A stretch of 64,000 nt of DNA from Eledone cirrhosa (GCA_964016885.1 OZ024740.1:41416001-41480000), one strand, 5' to 3'; counted from the stretch's first letter, positions 28,701-41,657 are shown. The notes: generated by a model from the sequence alone, not told the origin. Program-made: numbers and translations.

Positions 28701-29386
28701 GTATAGCCTTCAGATAATTGCCAGCTATTTCGTTCACCGCTTCCAATTCCAATTTAGTGGGTTCTTTACTGATTCTGGTGTTGTATGGTCTGTCACTCAC
28801 ATTAAGGCTGTGTATCTCTTGAAACATATCGTTCCATATCACTTGTAAGGTGTCCACAAGTTTTTGGTGTTCTGTTTGTTCAGTAGAGTCATGAATTTCA
28901 GCCTCGTTGTTGATGTGGTGACAATTACTACTAGAGTAAGCTGACCTTTCTCGCTGTTCTTCAGTGGAAGTGGGATGGATTTCAGCAAAATTGTTGGTGA
29001 GCTGTTCAGTTAGATTTAGTTGTCCATTCTTTTTGTCTGTCAGTGGAGGTGGGGTGGTTGTCTACAAGGGCTGTATTTGTAGTATCACTCAATTCCGTTA
29101 GATGTATCAATTTACATCTAATGATACGTTTTGCCTGTTCATTTAAATGCTTTGGAGAAAAGTCTAATTCTGGGTGTTTGGAGTTCCATAAAGCTTTTAG
29201 CCTTTGCATAAAACCGAACTTTTGGGGTTCAGATTGTTTGTATGCTTCATATAATTCTTTGTTAAGCTCGTAGCTCCACTGTATACAACGGTTGTAGTTG
29301 CGATTTGGACGAAGGAGACTTGTACTTTTTGCCATGATGAGTTCCTCTATTCACTAATATTTCGTATTTATTTTTCAAAATATGTA

Positions 29387-29388
<2 letters not shown>
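25749..29388 (-). mobile_element. R4/Dong-clade RLE non-LTR retrotransposon, apparently full-length, disrupted
   Basis: N-terminus (WSYELNKELYEAYKQSEP...RLKALWNSKHP). RT motifs KSPGPD, NYRPIAC, WLDYQKAFDSV, GIFQGDSLS and LFFVDD. CCHC CRLC..SHIVASC and RLE RPDIVVWD..EISCP follow. Flanked by (TATG)n at 25706-25748 and 29389-29460. Confidence 0.9.
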
Positions 29389-29417
<29 letters not shown>

Positions 29418-29460
29418 TGTATGTATGTATGTATGTATGTATGTATGTATGTATGTATGT

Positions 29461-30054
29461 TGGTGCTACTGGTAACATGTATCCCAGTACAACCTGTCTC
29501 ATGGTCGGGTCGTTGGCGACTAAACTGGCAACCCCACCAAGGTTTCTTGGTGAGGAGGGTGACTTTGGACATCCTGCAGGACTAAAAACAAAACCTGTCA
29601 AAGGGCAAAGGAGCTCTTAAGAGTCAATGGCCATCCAAAATCACCGGGAGAGATGACCCCTTAGCCTTTGTCAAGGCAGAATTCTAGGAGAAGGAAAACT
29701 CTGATATAACACCTGCAACCCTGATGGTATCCAATGATGTTGACTTGTTCTTCTTTTTGGTAAATATCATCTTGGTTAAGAGAGTGGGACTGGCTTTGTG
29801 CAGTGCCTTTGCTCACTATAAAAGCTTCACGGCACAGGCATTGCTTTATATCTGGAGATCTCTCTGCACTTGTCGTCACATGGTACCATGGGCCCAGCAC
29901 TATGTGTCAGTAATTGTCACAAGTGTAGTGTTTGTACCAGAGTTTTCAAGTCGCTGGCTGGACTAAAAAGTCACACTCGTTCAGCGCATCGGTAGGGGTT
30001 CTCCTACATGGATATAAAGTAGTGGCCGTACTCGAAAACGAGTTGGCAGCCACG
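29461..30054 (+). mobile_element. Non-autonomous RTE-derived element, subfamily C (longest copy)
   Basis: An RTE-5'UTR-like motif (ctaggagaaggaaaactctgatataacacc) is joined to a C2H2 remnant and the end gcagccacg + (ATGT)n, with no RT in between. Confidence 0.7.
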
Positions 30055-30429
30055 ATGTATGTATGTATGTATGTATGTATGTATGTATGTATGTATGTAT
30101 GTATGTATGTATGTATGTATGTATGTATGTATGTATGTACGTATGTACGTATGTTCTGGTTTTATAATTTTATACATTTTTACCAATAGAGAGAGAGTCG
30201 GTTTCTAACATAGACACCAGACTCTCTCATTGGAATTTAAACATCATCAACTAAGTAGATATGTCTGCATGTCTGCATGCATGTGTAGATATGGATGTTA
30301 TTGTATGTGTGGATGTGGATGTTTTGAGTTACATGTGTGCATGTGTATATGCTTTGTATCTGTACATGCTGTTATTAGATGCAGTATTTTTGGAATGTTT
30401 TACATATTTTTCATGTTCCATTAAAGGAT

Positions 30430-30720
30430 TGTACTTGTAATTTCCTAGCTAGTCGTGTTCTTTCTGTTTCTATGGAGCTCTGCTTCTGAAGATTTGTACC
30501 GAGGCAGTTACTAACACATCCCAGTACCCCAATAACCACAGGTATAAATCTGAAGGTATAGTCTGGGTGGAGTATCTGTAGATTTCTCATTAGTTCTGCA
30601 TAGATATTCTCCTTTTCGCCAATCTTTAATATTATATTGGCATCTGCTGGGCAGCTAGCGTCTACTACTGTTCATGCCTTCTTTTCCCTGTCCCATATCA
30701 TAATATCTGGTCTGTTATGC
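30430..30720 (-). mobile_element. Diverged R4/Dong-type RLE fragment; further remnants at 31320-31740 and 32320-32458
   Basis: Reverse complement reads HNRPDIMIWDREKK..VVDASCPAD..LQILHPDYTFRFIPVVIG. The later pieces resemble 26350-27700. Confidence 0.72.
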
Positions 30721-31320
30721 CTGAATTTTATTGGGGTTTTTACTGGAACATTTCCGTAACACAATTATTGAAACGTTTTTCCTATTTCGACTTATTCGAG
30801 GGGTCTTCAGGGAATGGCGTCGACAAACTCGTCTTCAACCTCAGAGGGCCTATTCAAAAGATTGTCGAAGTGTTCGTGTTACTTGACAAGAATGTCGTTT
30901 GGATCTTTAAGCAATTTATTGCCGTCTCGAGTGCGAAGAGGTGCAGCTGGAGTGTCATGTGGTGAGAATGGATGATGATCGAATCCCTAAGCAGTTTCTG
31001 TATAGTGAGTTAGTCGAAGGTAAACGACCTGTGTGCAAAACCCAAATTGAAGTACAAGGATTGCATTAAAAGCACACTAGGGAAAATGAAAATATTGGAG
31101 AATAGCTGGGAGAACCTCGCTCTAGATAGACTTTCCTGGAGGAAGACAGTACATGATAGGAAGGGAGAATTTGAAAGAAACTGTGTTGAGCATAAACAGC
31201 TCAAGTGTTTTGAGGTCAGTTTGCCTGAGTATCTTTACTTGCAGCTCGATTCGACTTGTAAAGACTGTAAGTGGTTATGTCTAAGTCAGGAAAGGCTTAG
31301 AAGTCATCTAAGAAGCCACA
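30720..31320 (+). mobile_element. RTE LINE 3' fragment
   Basis: HVVRMDDDRIPKQFLYSELVEGKR, KYKDCIKSTL, WENLALDRLSWR and a terminal C2H2-like CKDC..LRSHLRSH. Confidence 0.8.
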
Positions 31321-31749
31321 AGTTCTATTTCACAGTTGGCTGTAATGTGGCTAACATCTTCAATCTTTGTTTTACACAGCTTCCATTTATTGTCAACTGA
31401 TGACCCTCCGCTTTTTGCAGTAGATATCTTTTCGTCTCAAGTATCCGTGTACAACCTTTTCAGTGAATTTTGGTAAAAAAAAGTGACATTTGGAATCACC
31501 AAATTTCATTCCAATGTCTGTAGAAAATTAGGTAATGAGGTCCAATTGTTGTTTTATGTTGTTAATATTTGTCCAGTTTATTTTAAGGTTATTGAGAAAG
31601 AAAATATGGGAAATACTTCTGAATCCATTTCTATGGCCACTATGTTTTGTGAGCAGGTATAATAGTGTGTTTAATTAGAGGAGGAAGAGCAGCACTGACA
31701 GGTTATCGCTCACAAATATGCTTTTCTGGTAGTGAATGCTATCTGACTT

Positions 31750-32072
31750 CTTTCTCCAGCTGCAACCTGGTGCAGTCTGTGACTAACTCAGTTTCTGCTG
31801 CACGTCGGGCTGAGGAGGCCAAACTCTTCAAATACCAGTCGCTCTCCGACAGGTTTGCGGTTGTACCCTTGGCAGTGAAGACTTCGGGTGTCATCGGCCC
31901 TAGCGCTACCTCCCTACTCACCACCATAGACGCTGAGTTGGCCAGCCGCAGGTGTGAGCCTCGCGAGCTGGAATGGCTTTTCCAGCGCGTCTCCCTTGCC
32001 GTCCTCCGGGGAAACGCCTTCTCCATTCTGTCCGTCGGGGCTGTGGGGAGGCTACGGATATGATTGACTGAC
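31750..32072 (+). mobile_element. CRE-clade-like RLE retrotransposon 3' fragment
   Basis: AARRAEEAKLFKY..PLAVKTSG..LFQRVSLAVLRGNA, with a short tgat/tgac repeat tail. Confidence 0.7.
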
Positions 32073-32551
32073 TTGTCATTTAATCAGTCAGATGTTTTTA
32101 GACATCACCCAATTAATTATGATTCTGTGCTGTACAGACGTAAATAACACTGTAATTGCTCCACTAATTTGTAAAAGGTCCTATTTACTATTTATCAATA
32201 ACAAGAATATATATTTCATTAGATGACTTTAGATTAAATCTTATTGTCACTAATTTTTATCAGACTAATTAATTTTTAGAGAAATAAAATATAATTTAAT
32301 CTCGAAAATATTGAAAAAATTTGCTTCTTATCACCCCTAAGAAACAAAGTAATGTACCAAGCCTTGGTAAGGCGTTCAATGGCAAATACTAGAGTTTGGA
32401 GACTTTGGCTAATAATAAAGCCTTGATAATCCGCCAAGTTTCTGCGATTCTTTACGTTGTATGTATGTATGTATGTATGTATGTATGTATGTATGTATGT
32501 ATGTATGTATGTATGTATGTATGTATGTATGTATGTATATATGTATGTATG

Positions 32552-33572
32552 TCGGGTCACTCTTGAGTGCTACTGATAACATGTAACCCAGTACAACCTG
32601 TCGCATGGTCGGGTCGTCGGCGACTAAACCAGCAACCCCACCAAGTTTACTTGGTGAGGAAGGTGATTTTGGACACCCTGCAGGACAAAATACAAAACCT
32701 GACAAAGGGCGGAAGAACTCATAAGAGTCAACGGCCATCAAAAAGTGTGTAAATATGTATATACACATGTACAGCGCGGTTAAACCACTGGGAGTGAAGG
32801 ACCCTTAGCCTTTGTCAGGGAATTCTTCTAGGAGAAGGCAACTCAGGAAACTGGGATAACTCCGATATAAAACCTGCGGCTCAGTAGTTACCGATGATGT
32901 TGATTTTTTCTTCTTTTCGGGTTATAGCTACTGTCGCTCAGAGAGTGGGATTGGCTCAGTGCACAGTCTTTCCTCACTTTAAAAAATATCTTCACTCACA
33001 GGCATTGCACGATAGAATTATTAATAATTATTAATAATGGTATATCATGCAATGGCCATACTCGATAACGAGGGGGCAGCCATCATGTATGTATGTATGT
33101 ATGTATGTATGTATGTATGTATGTATGTATGTATGTATGTATGTATGTATGCATCTCTCCGGGAGAGATGACCCCTTAGCCTTTGTCAAGGCAGAATTCT
33201 AGGAGAAGGAAAACTCTGATATAACACCTGCAACCCTGATGGTATCCAGTGATGTTGACTTGTTCTTCTTTTTGGTAAATATCATCTTGGTTAAGAAAGT
33301 GGGACTGGCTTTGTGCAGTGCCTTTGCTCACTATAAAAGCTTCACGGCACAGGCATTGCTTTATATCTGGAGATCTCCCTTTACTTGTCGTCACATGGTA
33401 CCATGGGCCCAGCACTATGTGCCAGTAATTGTCACAAGTGTAGTGTTTGTACCAGAGTTTTCAAGTCGCTGGCTGGACTAAAAAGTCACACTCGTTCAGC
33501 GCATCAGTAGGGGTTCTCCTACATGGATATAAAGTAGTGGCCGTACTCGAAAACGAGTTGGCAGCCACCACC
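32552..33572 (+). mobile_element. Tandem of three non-autonomous RTE-derived elements separated by (TATG)n-like tracts
   Basis: 32552-32750 is a head segment, 32773-33084 is subfamily B, and 33152-33572 is subfamily C, near-identical to 29645-30054. Confidence 0.72.
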
Positions 33573-34437
33573 ATGTATGCATGTATGTTTGTAAGCATAT
33601 TTGCATGTATGTATGAATGTACATGTCTGTGTTTGTATGCATTTCTGTCTGTATGTATGTCTATATGTATGTATGTATGTATGATGTGTGTATGTATGTG
33701 TATGCATGCATGTATATATGTATATACATGTGTGTATGTATGTACATGTGCCTATATATATATATATAAAAGCAAGTATTGCACCAAGAAAAATAAAACG
33801 TCAGCGTGAAGGAGATTAGGAATTTATTTGCTTTAACATATGTTTCTGTGTCTATTATAATTGCCTACATATGCTGACCACAATATATATTATTCAATCA
33901 CATTCAATACTTAATTATTTATTACACTTAATCAGAAACCCTATAATAGTGGAAGTTAACTATTCACTATGCGGTAAAATTCAACAATGGGATTTTCGTT
34001 TAAGAAAATGTAATAAGTTAAAAATAGAAAGAATTACAGCTAGTTAGTATGGTAGTAGGAAGAAGAGGCGGCAGTGGGGGTAAAGAGTTTCACATTATCA
34101 ATCTGTGTGCTGTGATGTGGAAGAATTAGTCTTTGACCATTGGTATGGTTGAAAGTTTGGATGTTTACCATGTATGGTGTATTTGAGATCAATACAGTCT
34201 CGGTAAACATGTTTTCTTTTCTATACAAGGTTCACACACTGTCTGTTATTTGTCTATAATCCTTTCTAAATCAAATAATTAATTGCTATTCCGAAACAAT
34301 ACATTCATTTCGTGTATTGTTGAATGTTGATCGGGCTGCGTAGATAAATCGTCTCTTGTTGATATCGGGAAAATAGCACACCGAAAAATCCCAAATATAT
34401 ATACATGTCTATCACACACACACACACACACACACGG

Positions 34438-34540
<103 letters not shown>

Positions 34541-35442
34541 CATATACATATATACATATACACAGATATATAAGTATACACACACACACACACCCACACA
34601 CACAGACACACACACACACACATATTTACATATATATATCTCATTGAAATTTGGTGATTCACCACTGGATAGAACTTGTCATTCCGTATAGTTAACAATA
34701 AAACTTTAAAAGAAATTCAGCAGTCCGACCTCTTGTCATTTTGTCATTTTATTCAATAATATATATATATAAATATATGCGCAGACCGGTGGGGGTGAAT
34801 TGGTACTCACAGGGGAACGGATGAAGAACCCAAAAGCACACACTTCGTCCGTTCCCATGTCGATTCAACTTGGATTGCCTCGGAAACATAACCTTATTAT
34901 GTAACAAGCTGACTGATGATGTTATAGCGAGGATACTGGGTGTATGAATGTAACAAAACGAGACATTGTTTGTGTATATAATATTTAATTAACGGTAGAT
35001 AGAATACTTGACATGTCAAAGATAGATGTTAGAATGAAACAAAGTTAGTAGTTACCGTTTTGATTGCCAGGCAAACGCGGTTGGCAGAGGGCGCCTGGCT
35101 AAGGCCAGGCGCCTGTTGGCCAAATTAATGGCAGAGCCAAATGAGAAGACTCTTGACCTGGTGCCGAAAAGGCAAAGAGAGAGAGGAAGCTTAAAGTTGT
35201 TAGTTTTATAGGGCTCTGACCGGAAGTCGCAGAAAGGGTTCCACCTCCCGTCTAGATCCCAATCAAAACAAGGGAGACAACCGCTACAATGTCACGACAC
35301 TCGCACACAGAACAGTGTGGCCAGTGTCGTCATTGAAATATATATCACAGCATTATTATTAAAGGCCTTGAACATCTGAAACTACTTCGCTTCTACTTAT
35401 TCTATATATTCTATATATTCTATATATTCTATATATTCACTT

Positions 35443-36221
35443 CGCTCATATATTCACCTAGCTTACGCTAACAGAATAACTATGAAGCTTGTTTCCTTCC
35501 TCTACGGTTAGCTCTACTCTTTGTTGTTTTCCTGTCTCACTCGCTTTACGCGTTTTAATTGTTCTAATAACTTAATTTAGTTATTATTGCACCGACGTGA
35601 GGTATATGATTTTTAATGCAATGAAATATCTATGATCGTCGGCAAATCACTGATGAGGGACTTATTTTATTACATGTTATCCATGTGCTACCAGCAGTAT
35701 TTTTCTCCCCATTTTATCACATATATTTACCTATACTGCGATTCTGTTTTTTTCTCTCTCTCACTGCTCCCTCATTCTCTCTGTTTCTCCTACTTTCTTT
35801 CGCCCCCTCTGTCGTGTCAGTTAACTCTTCCTCACACTTCCACTCACTCACTCACTGTTTCTCCTCTCCTCACTTCACCCCGTTCGTAACGAAAGCAATT
35901 TCTCTCTTTCTTACATTACATTCGTTTGCGAAAGGTCTTTTTTCTAAGCGCTCATATATTCACCTAGCTTACGCTAACAGAATAACTATGAAGCTTGTTT
36001 CCTTCCTCTACGGTTAGCTCTACTCTTTGTTGTTTTCCTGTCTCACTCGCTTTACGCGTTTTAATTGTCCTAATAACTTAATTTAGTTATTATTGCACCG
36101 ACGTGAGGTATATGATTTTTAATGCAATGAAATATCTATGATCGTCGGCAAATCACTGATGAGGGACTTATTTTATTACATGTTATCCATGTGCTACCAG
36201 CAGTATTTTTCTCCCCATTTT

Positions 36222-36228
<7 letters not shown>
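35443..36228 (+). repeat. Direct duplication of about 280 bp (period about 506 bp)
   Basis: cgctcatatattcacctagcttacgctaacag...ccccattttatca occurs at 35443 and 35949. Confidence 0.85.
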
Positions 36229-36258
<30 letters not shown>

Positions 36259-36442
36259 CGTTCATGACTTTTGTAAGAACATTATTGACAAAAGTGGAAT
36301 TGTTTTTATTGGAAAACGAAACCTGGTGCAGACATCAAAAGTACATTCAAAAACAACCTTCTCATATAAGATAGTTATACATACATGCATACATACATAC
36401 ATACATAGATACATATATATATACACACCACACACATACATC

Positions 36443-36735
36443 TATGATGGCTGCAACTCGATTTTGAGTAGTGCTAAGCTTGAGCAGCACGAACATGGCT
36501 TTTTAGTCCTTTTAGGGACTTGCCTATGGCCAGCCATGCATGCAACGCAAAAGATGTCACATACCAAGCGATGCCTGTGCTTGAAGCTTTCTTAAGTGAG
36601 GAAAGGCTTTGCATGGATCGAATCCCACTCACTGAACATCAAATGCATTTAACCAAAAAGTAGAACTGGTCTGCATTATTGGATGCAAACGAAGTCGCAG
36701 GTTTTATATTAGTGTGATCTTCTCCTAGAGAGATG
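36443..36735 (-). mobile_element. Non-autonomous RTE-derived element, subfamily A, minus-strand copy
   Basis: Reverse-complement similarity to 9090-9377, next to a (CATA)n-like tract. Confidence 0.6.
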
Positions 36736-37702
36736 TTTTAACAGGAAAACAATATTACTTGAAATGTTTAATAAAAAGATTTCACAACAAAAATAAAATG
36801 GTGAGTTTATGGTTTAGTTTCCACCGTGTTAGCTTGAGGTGTATTTTGTGTTTTTAAGTAGGAAATTCTACATTTTATTCTAGAAAATTTATTCATTGAA
36901 TCGAAAAACCGAAATGCTTAATTCTTGCAGGCATGCGTCAAAGTAGTTGCCGTGTAACTTTTACCGCTCGAATATATTATTTTTACCTTTTCACATTTAA
37001 AAAAAGTTACCTTCTTTACACAGTTTAACTATTTGCTATAACACGGTGAATATTAACATGGTTTTAAATAAAAATCGGCTTCCTCTTCCGCTCGTACAAT
37101 TCTATGATTTTTAAGATGCCTTCACGTATTAATGCATATATATTAATACACTTCTTATGAATATTTATATATCTTAAATTTGTATACTCAAAGTTTACTT
37201 GTCACCCACTTCCTTAAACATATATTTCTTCTTCTTCTTCTTCTTCTTCTTCTTCTTCTTCTTCTTCTTCTTCTTCTTCTTGTGACGGTCAGGGTGGTAG
37301 AGTCCTCAAGCACGTCATATAGTGGGTCCTGTCAGAAGCAACTGTCTCCAATTGATCCGGCTAAAACCCCGAGCTCATAGATGTTATCCAGCCATCATGT
37401 TTGAGTTTACCTCTTCTTCTTTCGCCACCTCTTTTCATCTTTCCTCTCCTTTTTGACTTTCTCTTCTAACATTGGAGTTTATCTTATTTTATTTATCAAT
37501 ATGCTTACATACCCTCTCCCCCTCACATATATTGTAACACCATATCGTCAGCCAGCAAGATATTCTCGTTTAAATCCCATCCAATTACTGTTCACTTTGA
37601 CTTTAAAACATCTCTCATGTTTGTTCTTAAATATCTTCCCAATATTCTATTGTTTTCATTATTGATCGGGAAATAATTTGTGAAGTTTCATCTACCAATA
37701 AA

Positions 37703-38194
37703 ATCTCTATATATAAAGTTGTAGTTCCTGTCTGTTTGTTTGTTCACGAACTCCACCTATGGTTTTGGAGATAGACCCCCATAACCATATATATTCTGAA
37801 ACTACATTGCCCAGGGTACCTGGATAAGTATATTTTATTTTAATCAAAGGGTTCCCCGGGGGCACAAACCCCCGCTGAAAATGTTTTCCCTTCGATTTAT
37901 ATGAAATTTAAACCATAGGTAAATGACAAGATATGATGCCTATTCACAAAAGTTTTGAATTGATATTTTAAAAAAAATTATTTACAAGAAACAAAATAAG
38001 AATAAGATTTAATAATGTAATTTTGATTTGATATATTACAAAAAAATAATGTTTTCCAATTTTTCATGCATTACATTTTACATTGAGTAATGTTGAGTTT
38101 TTCTCCATAAATTCTATCACTGATTTAAAATCAATCATCCTTTTCTTACAAAATAAATGTGTGAAACGCAGCAAGGCGCGGGTAATACGGCTAG
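37703..38194 (+). mobile_element. Non-autonomous Helitron-like element
   Basis: 5' atctctatatataaag and gtctgtttgtttgt, and 3' gcaaggcgcgggtaatacggCTAG|T. Confidence 0.65.
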
Positions 38195-38376
38195 TATAAT
38201 ATATTACTCTATACAGTTCTCTTAGTATGGAGTGTTTTCCTTTTCCATTGTTCACTCTTATATGTATATGCATATATGTATACACACACAGATATATACA
38301 CACACATTCTTATAAGCAAATACACAAGAGCACCCATATATATCTATATATCTATATATCTATATATCTATATCTA

Positions 38377-38472
<96 letters not shown>

Positions 38473-38647
38473 GGTTAGTTGGTTCACCACTGGATAGAAT
38501 TGGCCATTCCGTATGTAATATTAGGGAGAGCTCTCAACGTAATGCAACTCACCCGTCTTCGTTTGTGTAGTTGGTGGTGCGAGTACAGAGTTAATTATTA
38601 TAAAATAACAGGAGGCTGGACTGGTGTAAATCATTGAAAGGTTTATT

Positions 38648-38705
38648 ATACTATGATCATTTCAATGACCGGGTTCAGTATGAATCCGGTGATATCATCA
38701 GGTAT
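38648..38705 (-). ncRNA. Type I hammerhead ribozyme with long stem II
   Basis: Reverse complement reads atac-CTGATGA-t-atcaccggattca(tac)tgaacccggtcat-t-GAAA-tgatca-TA-gtat; stem III is the palindrome ATGATCAT. Confidence 0.68.
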
Positions 38706-40499
38706 TCGAAATATAACAAAGGAATATAACAGATAAAATCCATGGGGCTGAAAATCAGAGACAAGAAGACGACCGACTATTTAGCAGCTTCTACCTCAGT
38801 CGGTCGCCCTCGAGTGTTGATTATTACGTCTACCTATGACCATCTGGTGAGGGGGCGTAAGCTTATAATGTGCTACTACCTCAACGTCAAAGAGAAAAGG
38901 TCATGCGACAACCAGGCTGACCGTGCGTGCTAGAAATTGCCGTGAAAAATGTTTTTTCCAAAGCACATATATCTTTAACAAAGGCATATATAGTGGGCGT
39001 CTGTATGGTGTAATGTGTGGACAGAAATTCCGGTTAGCAATTAAGAACGTTAAACTTATGTTTAGAGTTATAGGATGAAATTAGAAAAATAAGAGAAATA
39101 AGGTTAAAGGTTTGGGTTGTGAGATTTAGTTAAAGAATTTACAGAAAGAGTCTTTTATGAAAAAGTTTAAGTGTATTATAGATATTCTCGATAAGTTTTC
39201 AGGGTAGGATATAGAGTAAAGATTAAGCCCTTGTTTAGCAGTCAATAATCAGCGACTACTGCAGATCCCGGCCAGCCCCTCCTAACCATGTGTCAGCCGT
39301 TCCGAGTGATATCGTCTAGCGAAAGAAATGGAAATTAATTTTTCCGAGCACTCCAGGAATGTAACTGTTTTAGGCGTCGGGTGTGTTAGCGGGAAGTCCG
39401 CCATCGCCGTCTGGCCATCGTCTATACCAAACGAATACTATTAATTAACACAGGAGAGGGATTTATTTACGTGCCAGTAGAAGGAGGCATGATACAGCTA
39501 ATAGTTATGATTAAGCCTAGAAATGTAAAGGTACTATTTGGCGGTCAAAACCGGCGGCGCGGCGGGATCCGGGGCGAAGCAGCCGTTCCGAGTAATTTCG
39601 TTTATCGAAAGAAGGGGAAATTTGTTTTTCCAAGCACTCAAGGCTTATCCACCCGGGCGCCCGGCGCGCAGCCGGGAAAGCCGCCACATCTGTCGGATCA
39701 TCGCGTGTTACCAAACGATTATTATATATTCACACCCGTGATGTGAGGTTGAAAGTGGTAAAACCCGATGAAATGCGCAAAAAGACTCTATATAGTCCTC
39801 AGTTAGTCCGGGGTATAGGTAGTGTGATTCTTAGGTGGGTAGGGGAGTGAATAAAGATAAACAGGTATAAGGGTAAAGAGAGTAATATTCTAGTGTCGTG
39901 TGCTAATGAGCACAATAAGTATATAATGAGAGTAAAGCGAGTAAATAGATACCTAAATAAAAGGAACAATAAGCAAAATACATAAATAAAAAGCAAAATA
40001 CAAAAATAAAAATGCATAAATAAAAATAAAAATACATAAATAGAACGCCGTCATAACTAGGGTGGTGATGGAGTAAAACGGAAGTATATAAGAACATATC
40101 GGAGAAATCAAAACACAGGGGAAATACTATATAGATCAAGGTGCAGTTAGATAATACAAGGTTATACATATAGATATAGAGGATGGAAGAGATGGAATGG
40201 TATCAGGTGATACCTAGTGTATGTTCGAGTCTCAGAATTCAATGTGAATCACAAAGGCCCTGAAGTATAGGGTAGAGAATTCAGTCAATACAATACAGGT
40301 TATAGTAGAATTTTGTCGGAGTCTGGATATTCCCGACAGGGAAGGAGCAGTGGACCAGGTGGGCGGTAGACAAAGCACAGAGCAGCCAAAATCCGAATGG
40401 TGTGTAGATTAGTTAGTCCCATGCTGGAGTCAGTGCCGCTGTTCATTATTACATCTGAAAGCGCTCGACATTTCTGGAGCATTATTTATATAATATATA

Positions 40500-40551
<52 letters not shown>

Positions 40552-40669
40552 TATTTTGGGAGGGTGATGTTGCCAATGAAAACACATGCACCAGTTGATT
40601 TTCTTTCACTTCAATTTATTATAAGTTTCCGGTTGGTTGATTCGATAACCGGAAGGTTGTTTATATATT

Positions 40670-40712
40670 GTCAAAGCTCTTTCGTCACACATTCTGTGGC
40701 CTCCTCAGTGAC
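40670..40712 (-). ncRNA. Minimal hammerhead ribozyme (left arm)
   Basis: Reverse complement reads gtca-CTGAGGA-g-gccaca(gaatg)tgtgac-GAAA-gagc-TT-tgac. Confidence 0.65.
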
Positions 40713-40835
40713 TAGGTTTTTATTTTGTGTTTCTCCTTTGTTCTGTCCTACACCATCTTGTTTTTGTGTGTTGTGTGTTGTGTACTTAGTTTGCACATGC
40801 GTTACATCAGGGTGTGTGACACAAAATAAAACCTA

Positions 40836-40878
40836 GTCACTGAGGAGGTCACAGAATGTGTGACGAAAGAGCTTTGAC
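40836..40878 (+). ncRNA. Minimal hammerhead ribozyme (right arm)
   Basis: gtca-CTGAGGA-g-gtcaca(gaatg)tgtgac-GAAA-gagc-TT-tgac. Confidence 0.72.
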
Positions 40879-41575
40879 AATATATAAACAACCTTCCGGT
40901 TATCGAACCAACCAACCAACCAGAAACTTATAATAAAATGAAGTGAAAAACCAACAGGTGCGTGTGTTTTTATTGGCAGCATGACCCCCCCCCCCCAAAG
41001 TATAAAAATATCTGTTTCAACACACGTTTTCAGATAAGAAATCTCGCAAAACAAATTTCTACTCCTTCTTACTTTCGCTCATCCCCTCTGCTAGTCACCT
41101 TCTCTCGGCTAGCCTGCCACTATCACTATCTCTTTCTGGCTTCCTCTTACTTTCACTCACTCCCTCTCTGCTAGTCACCCTCTCTCCGCTAGCTCACTTC
41201 CTCCTTCGTCCGCCGCTGAAAGCAGTCTCTTCTCTCGCTCACACTGCTACAGTGAAGACGTGTCTTTTTTCTCTCGTCAAACTCGCCAGAACTTATGTTC
41301 GAAAAGAGTTGTTGACTTGATATTTTCCCTCTCTTTACGTTGCTTCACCCTTCGTGTCTGTTTACATTTTTTTCTCTCTCTCCACCCCCCTTTTTTATCC
41401 CAATAACTTATTTTAGTTATTGCTCGTTAGAGACAAGATACATCCGCGGATGTATCTTGTCTCTAACGCGAAGAAATACCTATGATTCCTAGCAGACAAC
41501 TGACGATGGATATTACCCTCTTTCGTCCATTCATGTTGACATCTCTTGCAAAACTTGGTGCTGGCGTTTTGTGTA

Positions 41576-41657
<82 letters not shown>

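Larger units (their letters stand above)
40549..41004. mobile_element. Inverted pair of about 180-bp arms, each carrying a hammerhead (PLE pLTR-like or foldback element)
   Basis: 40549-40730 is the reverse complement of about 40819-41004. A related degenerate copy lies at 52730-52875. Confidence 0.75.

Noticed and set aside
29461-29535. HDV-like ribozyme in the head of the RTE-derived elements (ggg-tcg-ttgg-cga-CTAA-actgg)
   Set aside because: A P4/J4-2-like segment is present, but I could not build consistent P1, P1.1 and P3 pairings across copies.
34900-35288. Possible solo LTR on the minus strand (TG start, TATA-like motif, CA end)
   Set aside because: No matching target-site duplication, primer-binding site or second LTR could be fixed.
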